Assembly (NCBI GenBank): GCA_910584155.1
Contig: CAJTYG010000007.1
Span: 65,848 to 129,847, forward strand
Origin: an uncultured Christensenella sp.
Lineage (GTDB): Bacteria; Bacillota; Clostridia; Christensenellales; CAG-917
Reading direction: 5' to 3'
Length of the DNA stretch: 64,000 nucleotides
This document shows positions 39,140 to 47,845 of the stretch, in pieces. Each line of letters opens with the position of its first letter. Position 1 is the stretch's first letter. The translations under genes were made by a program, and so were the position numbers. Below the pieces are notes generated by a model that was given only the letters and a program-made list of their open reading frames with translations, was not told where the DNA came from and did not search any database.

Positions 39140-40672
39140 ATGACTGTAAAGGGCAAGCGCATCTTCAATTACCGTCCGCTGGTTGTTTTTGTATTATCGC
39201 TTTTGCTTGGAATAATTTTGGGCGAGGCTGTTTACGCACGCCCGATAGGTATAATTATTTTTATGTGTATAGCGGCGTTTATTGCCGTGATCCCGTTTTT
39301 ATGTATCAAAAAAGTGAGGCGTTTTACCTATATTCCGATAGCGCTGCTTGTCGGAATGGTAGCGATAACCTCTGCAAACGCAGTGTACGACAGCCGTATG
39401 ATCAACGACTATAAGGGCACGTTTACTGCGACCGTTTCAAGCGAGATAATCGTTGACGAGGGTAGGACGGTTTTCACCGTCACGGACATATGGATAGACG
39501 GCAAAAAGCTCAAGTCCGACGCTAACGTCTATATCCCGTTTGAGTTCGTTCCCGATTTCGGCGCAGGCGATGTCGTAAAGCTCAGCGGCACCGTAATGAG
39601 CAACAGACACATCAGGTTTAATTCATATGACAGCAAGCAAGGATATTTTGCGTCGGTAAATGCTATAAACAAAGTCAGCGATGGCACGTTGAAATTCCCC
39701 GCAAATCTGCAGATGAAAATAAAGCGTATGCTGTATGAAAACACCGACGAGTATACTGCATCCGTCTGTCAGGCGTTGCTGCTTGGCAGCAAGCGTGGCT
39801 TCAACAGCGGGGCATACGACGACATCGCAGTGAGCGGACTTGCGCATGTGCTTGCGGTGAGCGGCTTGCATATCACAACGCTTGCGGGCGCACTCTATTT
39901 TGTACTTAAAAAGCTTAAGGTCAATCCAAAAATATCGTTTGTCATCGTCACCGTACTCACGTTTTTATACTCTATGCTGTGCGGCTTTACAGCGTCGTCG
40001 CTGCGTGCGGTCATAATGAGCGCAGTATTATCCTTTTCGTCTGCGTTCGGACTGAAGCAGGACGGTATGTCCTCGCTTGCGTTTGCGGCAATTCTGATAT
40101 TGCTTTTCAGACCTACCGCCTTCATGGACGTGGGCTTTTTGCTGTCATTCGCATCGGTGTTCGGCATATTCGCATTCTATAAGCCGTTTGAAAAGACGGC
40201 GCTGAAGATAGTGAATAAAATAAGTCCGAAACGCAAGATAGGCACACGCTTCGCAAAGGTGTGCGCACTGTCGTTTGCCACAAATCTGGCTACGCTTGGA
40301 CTTGTGGCATATTATTTCGGCAGAGTGCCCACCTTGTTTGTGCTTTCAAACTTCATCGTTTTGCCGTATATGATAGCGTTTTTCGTGCTTGCTATCATTT
40401 TGTGTATTCTGTCGCTTATCACGGGCTTCGGCGGCTTTATATGGATAATGAAATATCTGCTTTATCCGTTTAAGGCATACGTTGCGGCGGTAGGCTCGCT
40501 GCCTTTCACGTCAATTCCCGTAGCGGCAAACGTAGCAATGGTAGTCTGTTTTGCGATTTTGATGCTCTGGCTGTCAAAATTTAACTTTGTAAAAAAGCGT
40601 ACAAAAGCTGTCGGTGCGCTCGTCGGCGGCTCCGCATCTGTGGCTGTGTGCCTGCTTTTTGCGCTCATATAG
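39140..40672 (+). CDS. comEC: ComEC/Rec2-family membrane protein lacking the C-terminal metallo-beta-lactamase domain
   Basis: ALLLGSKRGF...GLAHVLAVSGLHI competence-domain motif and many TM helices. The ORF ends at 510 aa. Confidence 0.8.
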   Translation: MTVKGKRIFNYRPLVVFVLSLLLGIILGEAVYARPIGIIIFMCIAAFIAVIPFLCIKKVRRFTYIPIALLVGMVAITSANAVYDSRMINDYKGTFTATVSSEIIVDEGRTVFTVTDIWIDGKKLKSDANVYIPFEFVPDFGAGDVVKLSGTVMSNRHIRFNSYDSKQGYFASVNAINKVSDGTLKFPANLQMKIKRMLYENTDEYTASVCQALLLGSKRGFNSGAYDDIAVSGLAHVLAVSGLHITTLAGALYFVLKKLKVNPKISFVIVTVLTFLYSMLCGFTASSLRAVIMSAVLSFSSAFGLKQDGMSSLAFAAILILLFRPTAFMDVGFLLSFASVFGIFAFYKPFEKTALKIVNKISPKRKIGTRFAKVCALSFATNLATLGLVAYYFGRVPTLFVLSNFIVLPYMIAFFVLAIILCILSLITGFGGFIWIMKYLLYPFKAYVAAVGSLPFTSIPVAANVAMVVCFAILMLWLSKFNFVKKRTKAVGALVGGSASVAVCLLFALI

Positions 40673-40802
40673 CCTTTAAAGATGGGCACAATAAGTATTT
40701 TTGGAAATATACTGATATATAATATATAAAAATAGTATTGCGCTATTTGCCTTATTGTGCTAATATTATAATAACCTTATGCGGTTTTATGGGGTGAAAC
40801 TA

Positions 40803-41930
40803 ATGGGAAACTTAGACAATTTTAAAATAGGCGCCATCGAAGGCGTGTCGGCTTTGCTGATCCTTATCGCTATAATCGTTGCGGCGATCGCCGTATTGAC
40901 AGTGATAATAATTTGCAGCATCAAAGCTGTAAAGGAGCGCAAGGACGCAGAGGAAGACAGGGCAGAAGACGAGTTTTTTGCCGAATACGGCGTCACCGGT
41001 GAGGAATTGCGCCTCAATCAGCAGCTTTCGGATATGCGCTCGCAGCTCATTTCGCAAAAGCGTATCAAAAAACAAATGCTGGACGAACAGCATATCGTTG
41101 TCGTGCGTGAATCTGTAGAAAAACCTGTCGAGGTCGTAAAAGAGGTCGTCAAAGAGGTGCCTGTCGAGGTCATAAAGGAAGTCCCCGTTGAGGTCATCAA
41201 GGAAGTTGAGGTCATAAAAGAGGTTCCTGTGGAAGTCGTCAAGGAAGTTCCTGTCGAAGCACCCGCCGAGCAGCCTGCGCCTCAGCCTGTCGAGCAAGGT
41301 CCCGCACCTGTTAAGCCGGAGGAACTTGTCCCCGTCAAAAAGGAAGAGAATTGGAAAAACTATGACGGCGAATACGAGGGCGTGTATTATGATCCCGAGG
41401 ACGGCTGCTACTATGAGGGCACTCCGTCTCCCGAGCTTGCAAAGCGCCTTGAGGAATATCAAGCCGAGCTTGCCGCAAAGTCAAAGCGGAAAAAGAAAGA
41501 GGTCATCGTCAAAAAGGTCACGCCTCCGTTCCTTGCCCTCAAAACACCCAAGAACGAGCGCAAGGCTCCAAAGAAAGAGGAAGGCTTTGATTTGTCCGTC
41601 ATTTACGGCAAATATGTCATCGAACACGTCGCCAAAGAGGACGGTAAGGAAGAGTATTTCTACACTCTGTACGGTCCAAAGGATAACGTACTTTACGAAA
41701 GCAGCAACTATTCTGCATTACCATATTGCAAGCGTGCTATCACACGTTTCCAAACGCACGTGCTTGTGGGCGAGTATTCTATCGACGTGCAGGACGGCAA
41801 ATACTTCTTTGTGCTGAGACGTAAAACGTATGTTCACAAGGGCTTGGAATGCGCTACGTTTGACGAGGCAAATGCACTGATAAATCAAGTGAAGAGCTAC
41901 GCTCAGACAGATATCATAAGAGAGCAATGA
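40803..41930 (+). CDS. Membrane-anchored protein with (V/I)KEVPVEV repeats and two C-terminal YegP/DUF1508-like modules
   Basis: N-terminal TM helix and the repeat block KEVVKEVPVEVIKEVPVEVIKEVEVIKEVPVEVVKEVPVE. The C-terminal modules YFYTLYGPKDNVLYESSNYSALPYCKRAI and GKYFFVLRRKTYVHKGLECATFDEANALI fit the DUF1508 pattern. ATG at 40803 follows GGGGTGA. Confidence 0.6.
   Translation: MGNLDNFKIGAIEGVSALLILIAIIVAAIAVLTVIIICSIKAVKERKDAEEDRAEDEFFAEYGVTGEELRLNQQLSDMRSQLISQKRIKKQMLDEQHIVVVRESVEKPVEVVKEVVKEVPVEVIKEVPVEVIKEVEVIKEVPVEVVKEVPVEAPAEQPAPQPVEQGPAPVKPEELVPVKKEENWKNYDGEYEGVYYDPEDGCYYEGTPSPELAKRLEEYQAELAAKSKRKKKEVIVKKVTPPFLALKTPKNERKAPKKEEGFDLSVIYGKYVIEHVAKEDGKEEYFYTLYGPKDNVLYESSNYSALPYCKRAITRFQTHVLVGEYSIDVQDGKYFFVLRRKTYVHKGLECATFDEANALINQVKSYAQTDIIREQ
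41121..41258 (+). repeat. Imperfect 24-bp tandem repeats encoding KEVPVEV(I/V)
   Basis: Read directly from the DNA and its translation. Confidence 0.8.
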
Positions 41931-41934
41931 TTTT

Positions 41935-41963
41935 AAAGCCACCGATCATTTCGGTGGCTTTTT
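41935..41963 (+). terminator. Intrinsic terminator
   Basis: AAAGCCACCGA-tcatt-TCGGTGGCTTT + TT. Confidence 0.85.
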
Positions 41964-41976
41964 AAAAAGATAAGAT

Positions 41977-42294
41977 ATGAAAAACTATACAAATATTGAT
42001 GGCTTAGTTCTGTGTGTCGTAAAGGGCAAACCTAATGTTTACAGTTGGATATCTGAGATAGATGCGCTCGATCATTTGCTTTTGACCTATGATGAGCTCA
42101 GAAGCTCTATAAACAATCTTTTAAACGGCAATATGCTTTACTATAAAAATGGCAGGTTTGTTCGATCCTTAAAAGCAAAGTTTATTTTAATAGGCCGATT
42201 ATTATTTGGCGATGTGGATTGGCAAATAAAAGTGCAGCATCGCATAGAAAAATACACTTATGATGAAAGTAAAAATGCAGAGTTAAAAATATAA
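41977..42294 (+). CDS. Hypothetical protein (AT-rich islet)
   Basis: 105-aa ORF with no recognisable motifs and a weak RBS. Confidence 0.45.
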   Translation: MKNYTNIDGLVLCVVKGKPNVYSWISEIDALDHLLLTYDELRSSINNLLNGNMLYYKNGRFVRSLKAKFILIGRLLFGDVDWQIKVQHRIEKYTYDESKNAELKI

Positions 42295-42441
42295 TTTATA
42301 AGCCTATACAAAACAGAAGTATAATATTATTTAAGAAAAGTGCTTACTCATAATATATACATTAGAAAGTAAAATCCTAATCATAAATTTTACATTGTAC
42401 AAAAAATCTACTTTGTTTACATATTCGTTTTTTTTAATATT

Positions 42442-42753
42442 CTAATTGAATATAGCCCAAAATATCATAACAATGCCTGCTATTACAAAAAGGGGTAATA
42501 CGGCACCGCCAATATATTTAAATTTTTGGATCCAACAATATTTGTTAAAGTATGAATCTTGATTTTCAAGAAATAGTTTAAAACATTCCAAAATTTCATT
42601 TTCAGTTAAATTAGGCGCAACTCTTTGAATTTCGTCTATCACTATTTCATTTGAAATATCCCAACTTATTGTCATCCGTCCTCCACCGTTTGAAGAATGT
42701 ATATAACGGGATAAATTTTTTGCAACTTGCTTGACTATTTCCAAATTTGTCAT
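42442..42753 (-). CDS. Hypothetical protein with a C-terminal TM helix
   Basis: 103-aa ORF with GGAG 7 nt upstream. C-terminus GGAVLPLFVIAGIVMIFWAIF. Divergent from the XRE regulator gene. Confidence 0.6.
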   Translation of the reverse strand: MTNLEIVKQVAKNLSRYIHSSNGGGRMTISWDISNEIVIDEIQRVAPNLTENEILECFKLFLENQDSYFNKYCWIQKFKYIGGAVLPLFVIAGIVMIFWAIFN

Positions 42754-42798
42754 TTTACATCTCCATATAACTTTTTTCTTTTGTTAATATGTTTTTTT

Positions 42799-42824
42799 AT
42801 TTTGCACTTATATAAGTGCAAAAT
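42799..42824. promoter_or_regulatory. 26-bp perfect palindrome, candidate operator in the divergent promoter region
   Basis: ATTTTGCACTTAT|ATAAGTGCAAAAT, between the genes at 42442-42753 (-) and 42889-43119 (+). Confidence 0.6.
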
Positions 42825-42888
42825 TATTGTATCAACAAAATATAATTGTGTCAAGAATTTGTTCCAAAACAGGTGCAATATTATTAAA

Positions 42889-43119
42889 ATGAATACGGAT
42901 ATAGAAAGACGCATAGGTAAAAATATCAAAGATTTGAGAGAAAAGGCCGGCTTTACGCAGGATTATGTTGCTATTAAATTGCAAATAGCCGGTTGTGATA
43001 TTACACGCAGTGCTATAGCAAAAATCGAAGTCGGTCAAAGGCATATATATCCTGATGAGATAATTTTGTTAAAACAAATTCTAAATGTAAATTTTGAAGA
43101 TATATTGAAAATTGATTAA
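42889..43119 (+). CDS. XRE-family helix-turn-helix transcriptional regulator
   Basis: IGKNIKDLREKAGFTQDYVAIKL...SAIAKIEVGQR. The internal ATG at 42889 gives a typical 76-aa protein. The upstream part of the track ORF is low-complexity, AT-rich sequence. Confidence 0.75.
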   Translation: MNTDIERRIGKNIKDLREKAGFTQDYVAIKLQIAGCDITRSAIAKIEVGQRHIYPDEIILLKQILNVNFEDILKID

Positions 43120-43145
43120 ACCGCTCTGTTTTCTGAGCGGTTTAA
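43116..43145. terminator. Bidirectional terminator
   Basis: TTAAACCGCTC-8 nt-GAGCGGTTTAA, between convergent genes. Confidence 0.75.
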
Positions 43146-43150
43146 AATTG

Positions 43151-44494
43151 CTAATAAATATCTCTTGCAAAGGCATCATATTCGGCTTTCCATTTTGCGA
43201 TAGCCGCTTCATTGTATATGCGGGGCATACGGTGGGCGAGTATTCTCGCACGCAAGCACAGCTTTATTATGTCCTCTATTTGGTGCATAAACTCGGGACG
43301 TGTCCTTGCCAACTGTACGCTTGTGGCGATGGATTCTATTTTGAAATCCGATACGCTTTTTAAATCACGACGTACAAGCGCAAGCAGGTTTTCGTTTAAA
43401 ACGTCGGATGTAAACAGCCATACGATGTCGTTTTTGTCAAGGCGTTGAAAGCGTGAGCGTGCAATATATGCCATATAGCAATTCGCACCAAAGCTTGCGT
43501 TTGAACGTACGGCATATTTCCACAGCGTTTGTACGCTGAAGTCGGATGCATGTTTGATGACGTCTGCAAGTATAACTGCCGCTCTCAGCGTGTTTTCTAT
43601 GCCCGAACCTGACGTTGGCTTTGTCATAAACGCCGAGTTGCCTATGAGCGCATATCCGTTTGCGACTATTGTTGCAAGAGGGTAGCGCACGGGGATAGCG
43701 TCGGTGACGCTTGTCATACATTCATTTGATATATACGGATTGCGGGTGCGTATATATGCTATCGCATCATCTATTTGCTTTTGTGTGAGCGACTCAAAGT
43801 TGCTTATAAGTATATCGCTGAAATGCGCATCGGGCGCATCCTTGCACCATAGGACTGAAAAGCCCTCGGGCATAAGATATACGTTTGACGGGTTTATGGC
43901 AAACTCTTTCTTTTTGTAAAAGCCTCTGTATGCCATAAGATAATCTTCGTGAAGCAGGGTGTCGTCCATAAAAAATTTTTTTGGCAGTTGAAAGCGATAT
44001 TTGGAAAATACACCCGACGAATCTATGACGAGATCACAGTTTTGTCTTTTGCCGTTGACATACACGCCCTTGACAATGCCATCTTCAACGATGAGGCCTT
44101 CTACATTTGTGCCGTAATGTATCTCGGCACATTCCTCCGTCAAGGTTATAAGGTGCTCGATGAGCTTTTTTCTGTCAATATCGAAGTTTTTGCTTGCCCG
44201 TGTGCCTTGACGGATATATCCGTCGCCCGACGGACTGTAGAAGTTGAGTATTTGCTTTTGCAAAAAGAAGTGTTGAGGAATGTCTATTTCTGATTTTTTA
44301 AATGTATCCTTGTCGATCGAGTCGTGCCACGGATAGCCCAACTCGCTGCGCTGCCTTTTTTCATAAATGATGATGGAATAACCAATGTCGCCAAGTGACT
44401 TAGCCACATACAGACCGCCCAATCCGGCGCCGAGAATTATTATCTTTTTCCTTTTGTCGGCAGTGTTTTTCATTTTGACAGCAGGGCAAAACAT
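43151..44494 (-). CDS. NAD(P)/FAD-dependent oxidoreductase, function unknown
   Basis: KIIILGAGLGGLYVAKSL dinucleotide-binding fold. The start is ambiguous between 44494 and 44473, and neither has a clear SD sequence. Confidence 0.7.
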   Translation of the reverse strand: MFCPAVKMKNTADKRKKIIILGAGLGGLYVAKSLGDIGYSIIIYEKRQRSELGYPWHDSIDKDTFKKSEIDIPQHFFLQKQILNFYSPSGDGYIRQGTRASKNFDIDRKKLIEHLITLTEECAEIHYGTNVEGLIVEDGIVKGVYVNGKRQNCDLVIDSSGVFSKYRFQLPKKFFMDDTLLHEDYLMAYRGFYKKKEFAINPSNVYLMPEGFSVLWCKDAPDAHFSDILISNFESLTQKQIDDAIAYIRTRNPYISNECMTSVTDAIPVRYPLATIVANGYALIGNSAFMTKPTSGSGIENTLRAAVILADVIKHASDFSVQTLWKYAVRSNASFGANCYMAYIARSRFQRLDKNDIVWLFTSDVLNENLLALVRRDLKSVSDFKIESIATSVQLARTRPEFMHQIEDIIKLCLRARILAHRMPRIYNEAAIAKWKAEYDAFARDIY

Positions 44495-44557
44495 ATTGCA
44501 GTTTGCCTATAAAGTAAGATATATGCAATAGCATATCACCAAATTTGTTTTTGTGCA

Positions 44558-44584
44558 ACAAAAAAGCACCTCTGACGAGATGCT
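44558..44584 (-). terminator. Terminator of the NifU-like/GGGtGRT operon
   Basis: Minus strand AGCATCTC-gtca-GAGGTGCT followed by TTTTTT. Confidence 0.75.
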
Positions 44585-44608
44585 TTTAGGCTTAGAAATT
44601 TATGGTAT

Positions 44609-45613
44609 TTATTTTGTCAAAGCTTCTTGAACGGCAACTGCGCAAGCCACACTTGCACCAACCATAGGATTATTGCCCATACCGATAAGTCCCATCATTT
44701 CAACGTGTGCAGGGACTGACGAGCTGCCTGCAAACTGTGCGTCGGAGTGCATTCTGCCCATCGTATCCGTCATACCGTAGGACGCAGGACCTGCTGCCAT
44801 ATTGTCGGGGTGGAGGGTACGTCCCGTGCCGCCGCCCGATGCGACAGAGAAGTATTTTTTGCCGTTGTCCCAGCACCATTTTTTGTATGTGCCTGCAACG
44901 GGGTGCTGGAAGCGGGTGGGGTTGGTGGAGTTGCCTGTGATAGAAACGTCCACGTCCTCGAGGCGCATAATTGCCACACCCTCGGTTACGTCGTCTGCGC
45001 CGTACACTCTGACAGCCGAGCGCTCGCCTGTGCTGTAGGGCGTTTCCTTGATGACCTTTACTTCGCCTGTGAAGTAATCCATTTTGGTTTGCACGTAGGT
45101 GAAGCCGTTTATACGTGAGATGATAAACGCTGCGTCCTTGCCGAGACCGTTGAGGATAACCTTAAGGGGAGTTTTTCTGACCTTGTTTGCCGTTCTTGCG
45201 ATGCCGATTGCGCCCTCTGCCGCTGCAAATGATTCGTGACCTGCGAGGAAAGCGAAGCACTTTGTGCTTTCTCTAAGCAGCATTGCGGCGAGATTGCCGT
45301 GGCCTATGCCGACTTGACGCTGTTCTGCAACAGAGCCGGGGATACAGAATGACTGCAAGCCTTCGCCGATAGCCTCGGCTGCATCAGCCGCATTTGCGCA
45401 GCCCTTTTTGATTGCGATAGCGCAGCCTACGGTGTATGCCCAAACTGCGTTTTCAAAAGCGATGGGCTGCACGCCCTTTACGATAGCTTCGCAGTCGATG
45501 CCGTTGTCGAGGCAGATTTGTTTTGCCTCTTCGAGGTTCTTGATGCCGTTGGCTTTCAAGGCTTTGTTAATCTTATCTATTCTTCTTTCATAACCTTCAA
45601 ATGATACGCTCAT
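44609..45613 (-). CDS. GGGtGRT-motif protein (uncharacterised family)
   Basis: Contains SVASGGGTGRTLHPDNMAAGPASYGMTD. The ATG at 45613 is preceded by GGAGGTG. Confidence 0.8.
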   Translation of the reverse strand: MSVSFEGYERRIDKINKALKANGIKNLEEAKQICLDNGIDCEAIVKGVQPIAFENAVWAYTVGCAIAIKKGCANAADAAEAIGEGLQSFCIPGSVAEQRQVGIGHGNLAAMLLRESTKCFAFLAGHESFAAAEGAIGIARTANKVRKTPLKVILNGLGKDAAFIISRINGFTYVQTKMDYFTGEVKVIKETPYSTGERSAVRVYGADDVTEGVAIMRLEDVDVSITGNSTNPTRFQHPVAGTYKKWCWDNGKKYFSVASGGGTGRTLHPDNMAAGPASYGMTDTMGRMHSDAQFAGSSSVPAHVEMMGLIGMGNNPMVGASVACAVAVQEALTK

Positions 45614-45627
45614 CTTAGCACCTCCAA

Positions 45628-46335
45628 TCAGTTTTTGCGGGGGTCGATCCATTTGACCGCACCGTCCTCGGCTTTAAATCTGCCGTAGGTCTTTGTATTT
45701 TCCTTAAGAGCTTCGTTTGCGTCCACGCCCTTTTTGATAGCGTCCATAAACTGACCGAGGCGGCAGAACTCGTAGCCGATGATCTCGTTGTTTTTGTCAA
45801 GAGCGAGGCGAGTGACATAGCCCTCTGCCATTTCGAGATAACGGGGTCCTTTTTCAAGGGTGGAGTACATTGTGCCGACTTGGCTTCTGTGACCTTTGCC
45901 GAGGTCCTCGAGACCTGCGCCGATGACAAGACCGTCCTCGGAGAATGCGGATTGCGTCCTTCCGTAGACGATTTGCAGGAAAAGCTCTCTCATAGCGGTG
46001 TTGATAGCGTCGCAAACGAGGTCGGTATTGAGGGCTTCGAGAATGGTTTTGCCCGTGAGTATCTCTGCCGCCATAGCTGCGGAGTGAGTCATACCCGAGC
46101 AGCCGATAGTCTCAACCAAAGCCTCTTGAATGATGCCGTTTTTGACGTTGAGGCTGAGCTTGCACGCACCCTGTTGAGGAGCGCACCAGCCGATGCCGTG
46201 TGAAAAACCGCTGATGTCCTTTATCTCTTTTGCCTGAACCCATTTACCTTCTTCGGGTATGGGGGCAGGACCGTGGTTAGGACCTTTTGCAACGCAACAC
46301 ATTTCGTCGATTTCTCTTGAATATTGCATAGTCAT
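45628..46335 (-). CDS. NifU/IscU-like iron-sulfur scaffold-domain protein
   Basis: GWCAPQQGACKLSLNVKNGIIQEALVETIGCSGMTHSAAMAAEILTGKT resembles the IscU/NifU N-terminal domain. It is co-transcribed with the GGGtGRT gene. Confidence 0.65.
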   Translation of the reverse strand: MTMQYSREIDEMCCVAKGPNHGPAPIPEEGKWVQAKEIKDISGFSHGIGWCAPQQGACKLSLNVKNGIIQEALVETIGCSGMTHSAAMAAEILTGKTILEALNTDLVCDAINTAMRELFLQIVYGRTQSAFSEDGLVIGAGLEDLGKGHRSQVGTMYSTLEKGPRYLEMAEGYVTRLALDKNNEIIGYEFCRLGQFMDAIKKGVDANEALKENTKTYGRFKAEDGAVKWIDPRKN

Positions 46336-46573
46336 TATTTCCTCAATGCAGACGTTTTGAATGCAAATCGGAAAACCTCCTTAAAAAATATCTTAAAGTA
46401 TAATATCATATATAAAATATTTTATCAATAAAAAAAGGGCAAATTTGCCGCCGAAAACCGCAACTTTTTGCACCGCATATTTTGAGCTTTGCAAAGATAC
46501 GTTTCAATTTTGGTCTGCGCCCGACTAAAAGCGGAAGATAGTAACTTTATAGTGCAATTTGCACAAATAAAAG

Positions 46574-46602
46574 TTGATATATGCGGTGTTTGGTGCTATA
46601 AT
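46574..46602 (+). promoter_or_regulatory. Sigma-A-type promoter for tyrS
   Basis: TTGATA-17 nt-TATAAT, about 28 nt upstream of the ATG. Confidence 0.7.
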
Positions 46603-46630
46603 TGTTAAAATTACTTTTCGGAGTTGAGAT

Positions 46631-47845
46631 ATGGCACAGCAAAACGTAATCGACAAACTTAAAGAAAGAGGGCTTATCAAGCAGGTCGTTTTTGAAGAGG
46701 ATCTGAAAAAACTGCTTGAAAGCGGTCCGCAATCCTTTTATATAGGCTTTGATCCGACGGCGGACAGCCTGCACGTAGGGCATTTTATGCAAATGATAGT
46801 GGCAAAACGCCTGCAGGACGCAGGACACCGTCCCATCATACTGATAGGCGGTGGCACGGCGATGGTGGGCGACCCGAGCGGACGCACGGATATGCGCTCT
46901 ATGATGACAAAGGAAACCATACGCCATAACGTCGAGTGCTTCAAAAAGCAGATGCAACGCTTTGTGCGCTTTGAGGGCGAAAACGCAGCGATACTTGTCG
47001 ACAATGCAGACTGGCTGCTTGACCTCAATTATATCGAGTTTTTGCGAGAGGTCGGCTCAAGCTTTTCCGTCAACCGTATGCTTACAGCCGAGTGCTACAA
47101 GCAGCGCCTTGAAAAGGGCTTGACCTTCCTTGAATTCAACTATATGCTGATGCAGGCATACGACTTTTTGGTGCTGCACGAAAAATACGGTTGCGTATTG
47201 CAGTGCGGCGGTGACGATCAGTGGTCAAATATGCTTGCGGGCGCAGACCTCATTCGCCGCAAGGAGCAGAAGGACGCATATGCAATGACATTTGCGTTGC
47301 TCACTACTGCCGAGGGCATAAAGATGGGCAAGACGGCGAAGGGCGCAGTATGGCTCGACGCAGAAAAGACAGCCCCTTACGATTTCTTCCAATACTGGCG
47401 CAATATCGCCGACGAGGACGTGGAAAAGGTGTTCAGATACCTCACGTTTTTGCCTCTTGAAGAGATAGAGGAACTCACCAAGTATAAGGACGAGCGTATG
47501 AACAAGGCAAAGGAAAGGCTTGCATACGAGCTCACTCTTATGGTGCACGGCGAGGCGGCGGCAAACGATGCGCTCACAAAGGCGAGAGGCGCATTTTCGG
47601 GCGACAGCGCAAATATGCCCACTGCGACCATTCCTGCGGGAATGACGCAGATAGCCGACATACTCGTAGCTGTTGCAAAGGTGCCCTCTAAGGGCGAGGC
47701 AAAGCGGCTTATCGCAGGCGGAGGCATATCCGTTGACGGGCAGAAGGTGACGGACATGCTCGCCTGTGTGACGGACAGCCAGTTAGCAAACGGATTTGTT
47801 TTGCAAAAGGGCAAAAAGAATTTTTATAAGGTGAGCGTAGAGTGA
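46631..47845 (+). CDS. tyrS: Tyrosine--tRNA ligase
   Basis: GFDPTADSLHVGH (HIGH), KMGKT (KMSKS) and a C-terminal S4-like domain. Confidence 0.95.
   Translation: MAQQNVIDKLKERGLIKQVVFEEDLKKLLESGPQSFYIGFDPTADSLHVGHFMQMIVAKRLQDAGHRPIILIGGGTAMVGDPSGRTDMRSMMTKETIRHNVECFKKQMQRFVRFEGENAAILVDNADWLLDLNYIEFLREVGSSFSVNRMLTAECYKQRLEKGLTFLEFNYMLMQAYDFLVLHEKYGCVLQCGGDDQWSNMLAGADLIRRKEQKDAYAMTFALLTTAEGIKMGKTAKGAVWLDAEKTAPYDFFQYWRNIADEDVEKVFRYLTFLPLEEIEELTKYKDERMNKAKERLAYELTLMVHGEAAANDALTKARGAFSGDSANMPTATIPAGMTQIADILVAVAKVPSKGEAKRLIAGGGISVDGQKVTDMLACVTDSQLANGFVLQKGKKNFYKVSVE

Noticed and set aside
39112-39414. 100-aa alternative-frame ORF at the comEC 5' end.
   Set aside because: The comEC frame, starting at 39140, gives continuous TM helices and family motifs. 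The alternative frame has none.
46336-46400. Tiny upstream ORF (TTG CAT TCA AAA CGT CTG CAT TGA) with AAGGAGG in the leader of the NifU-like gene.
   Set aside because: It has seven codons and a non-ATG start. There is no way to assess conservation. The AAGGAGG may be fortuitous, and the real gene has its own GAGGAA RBS.
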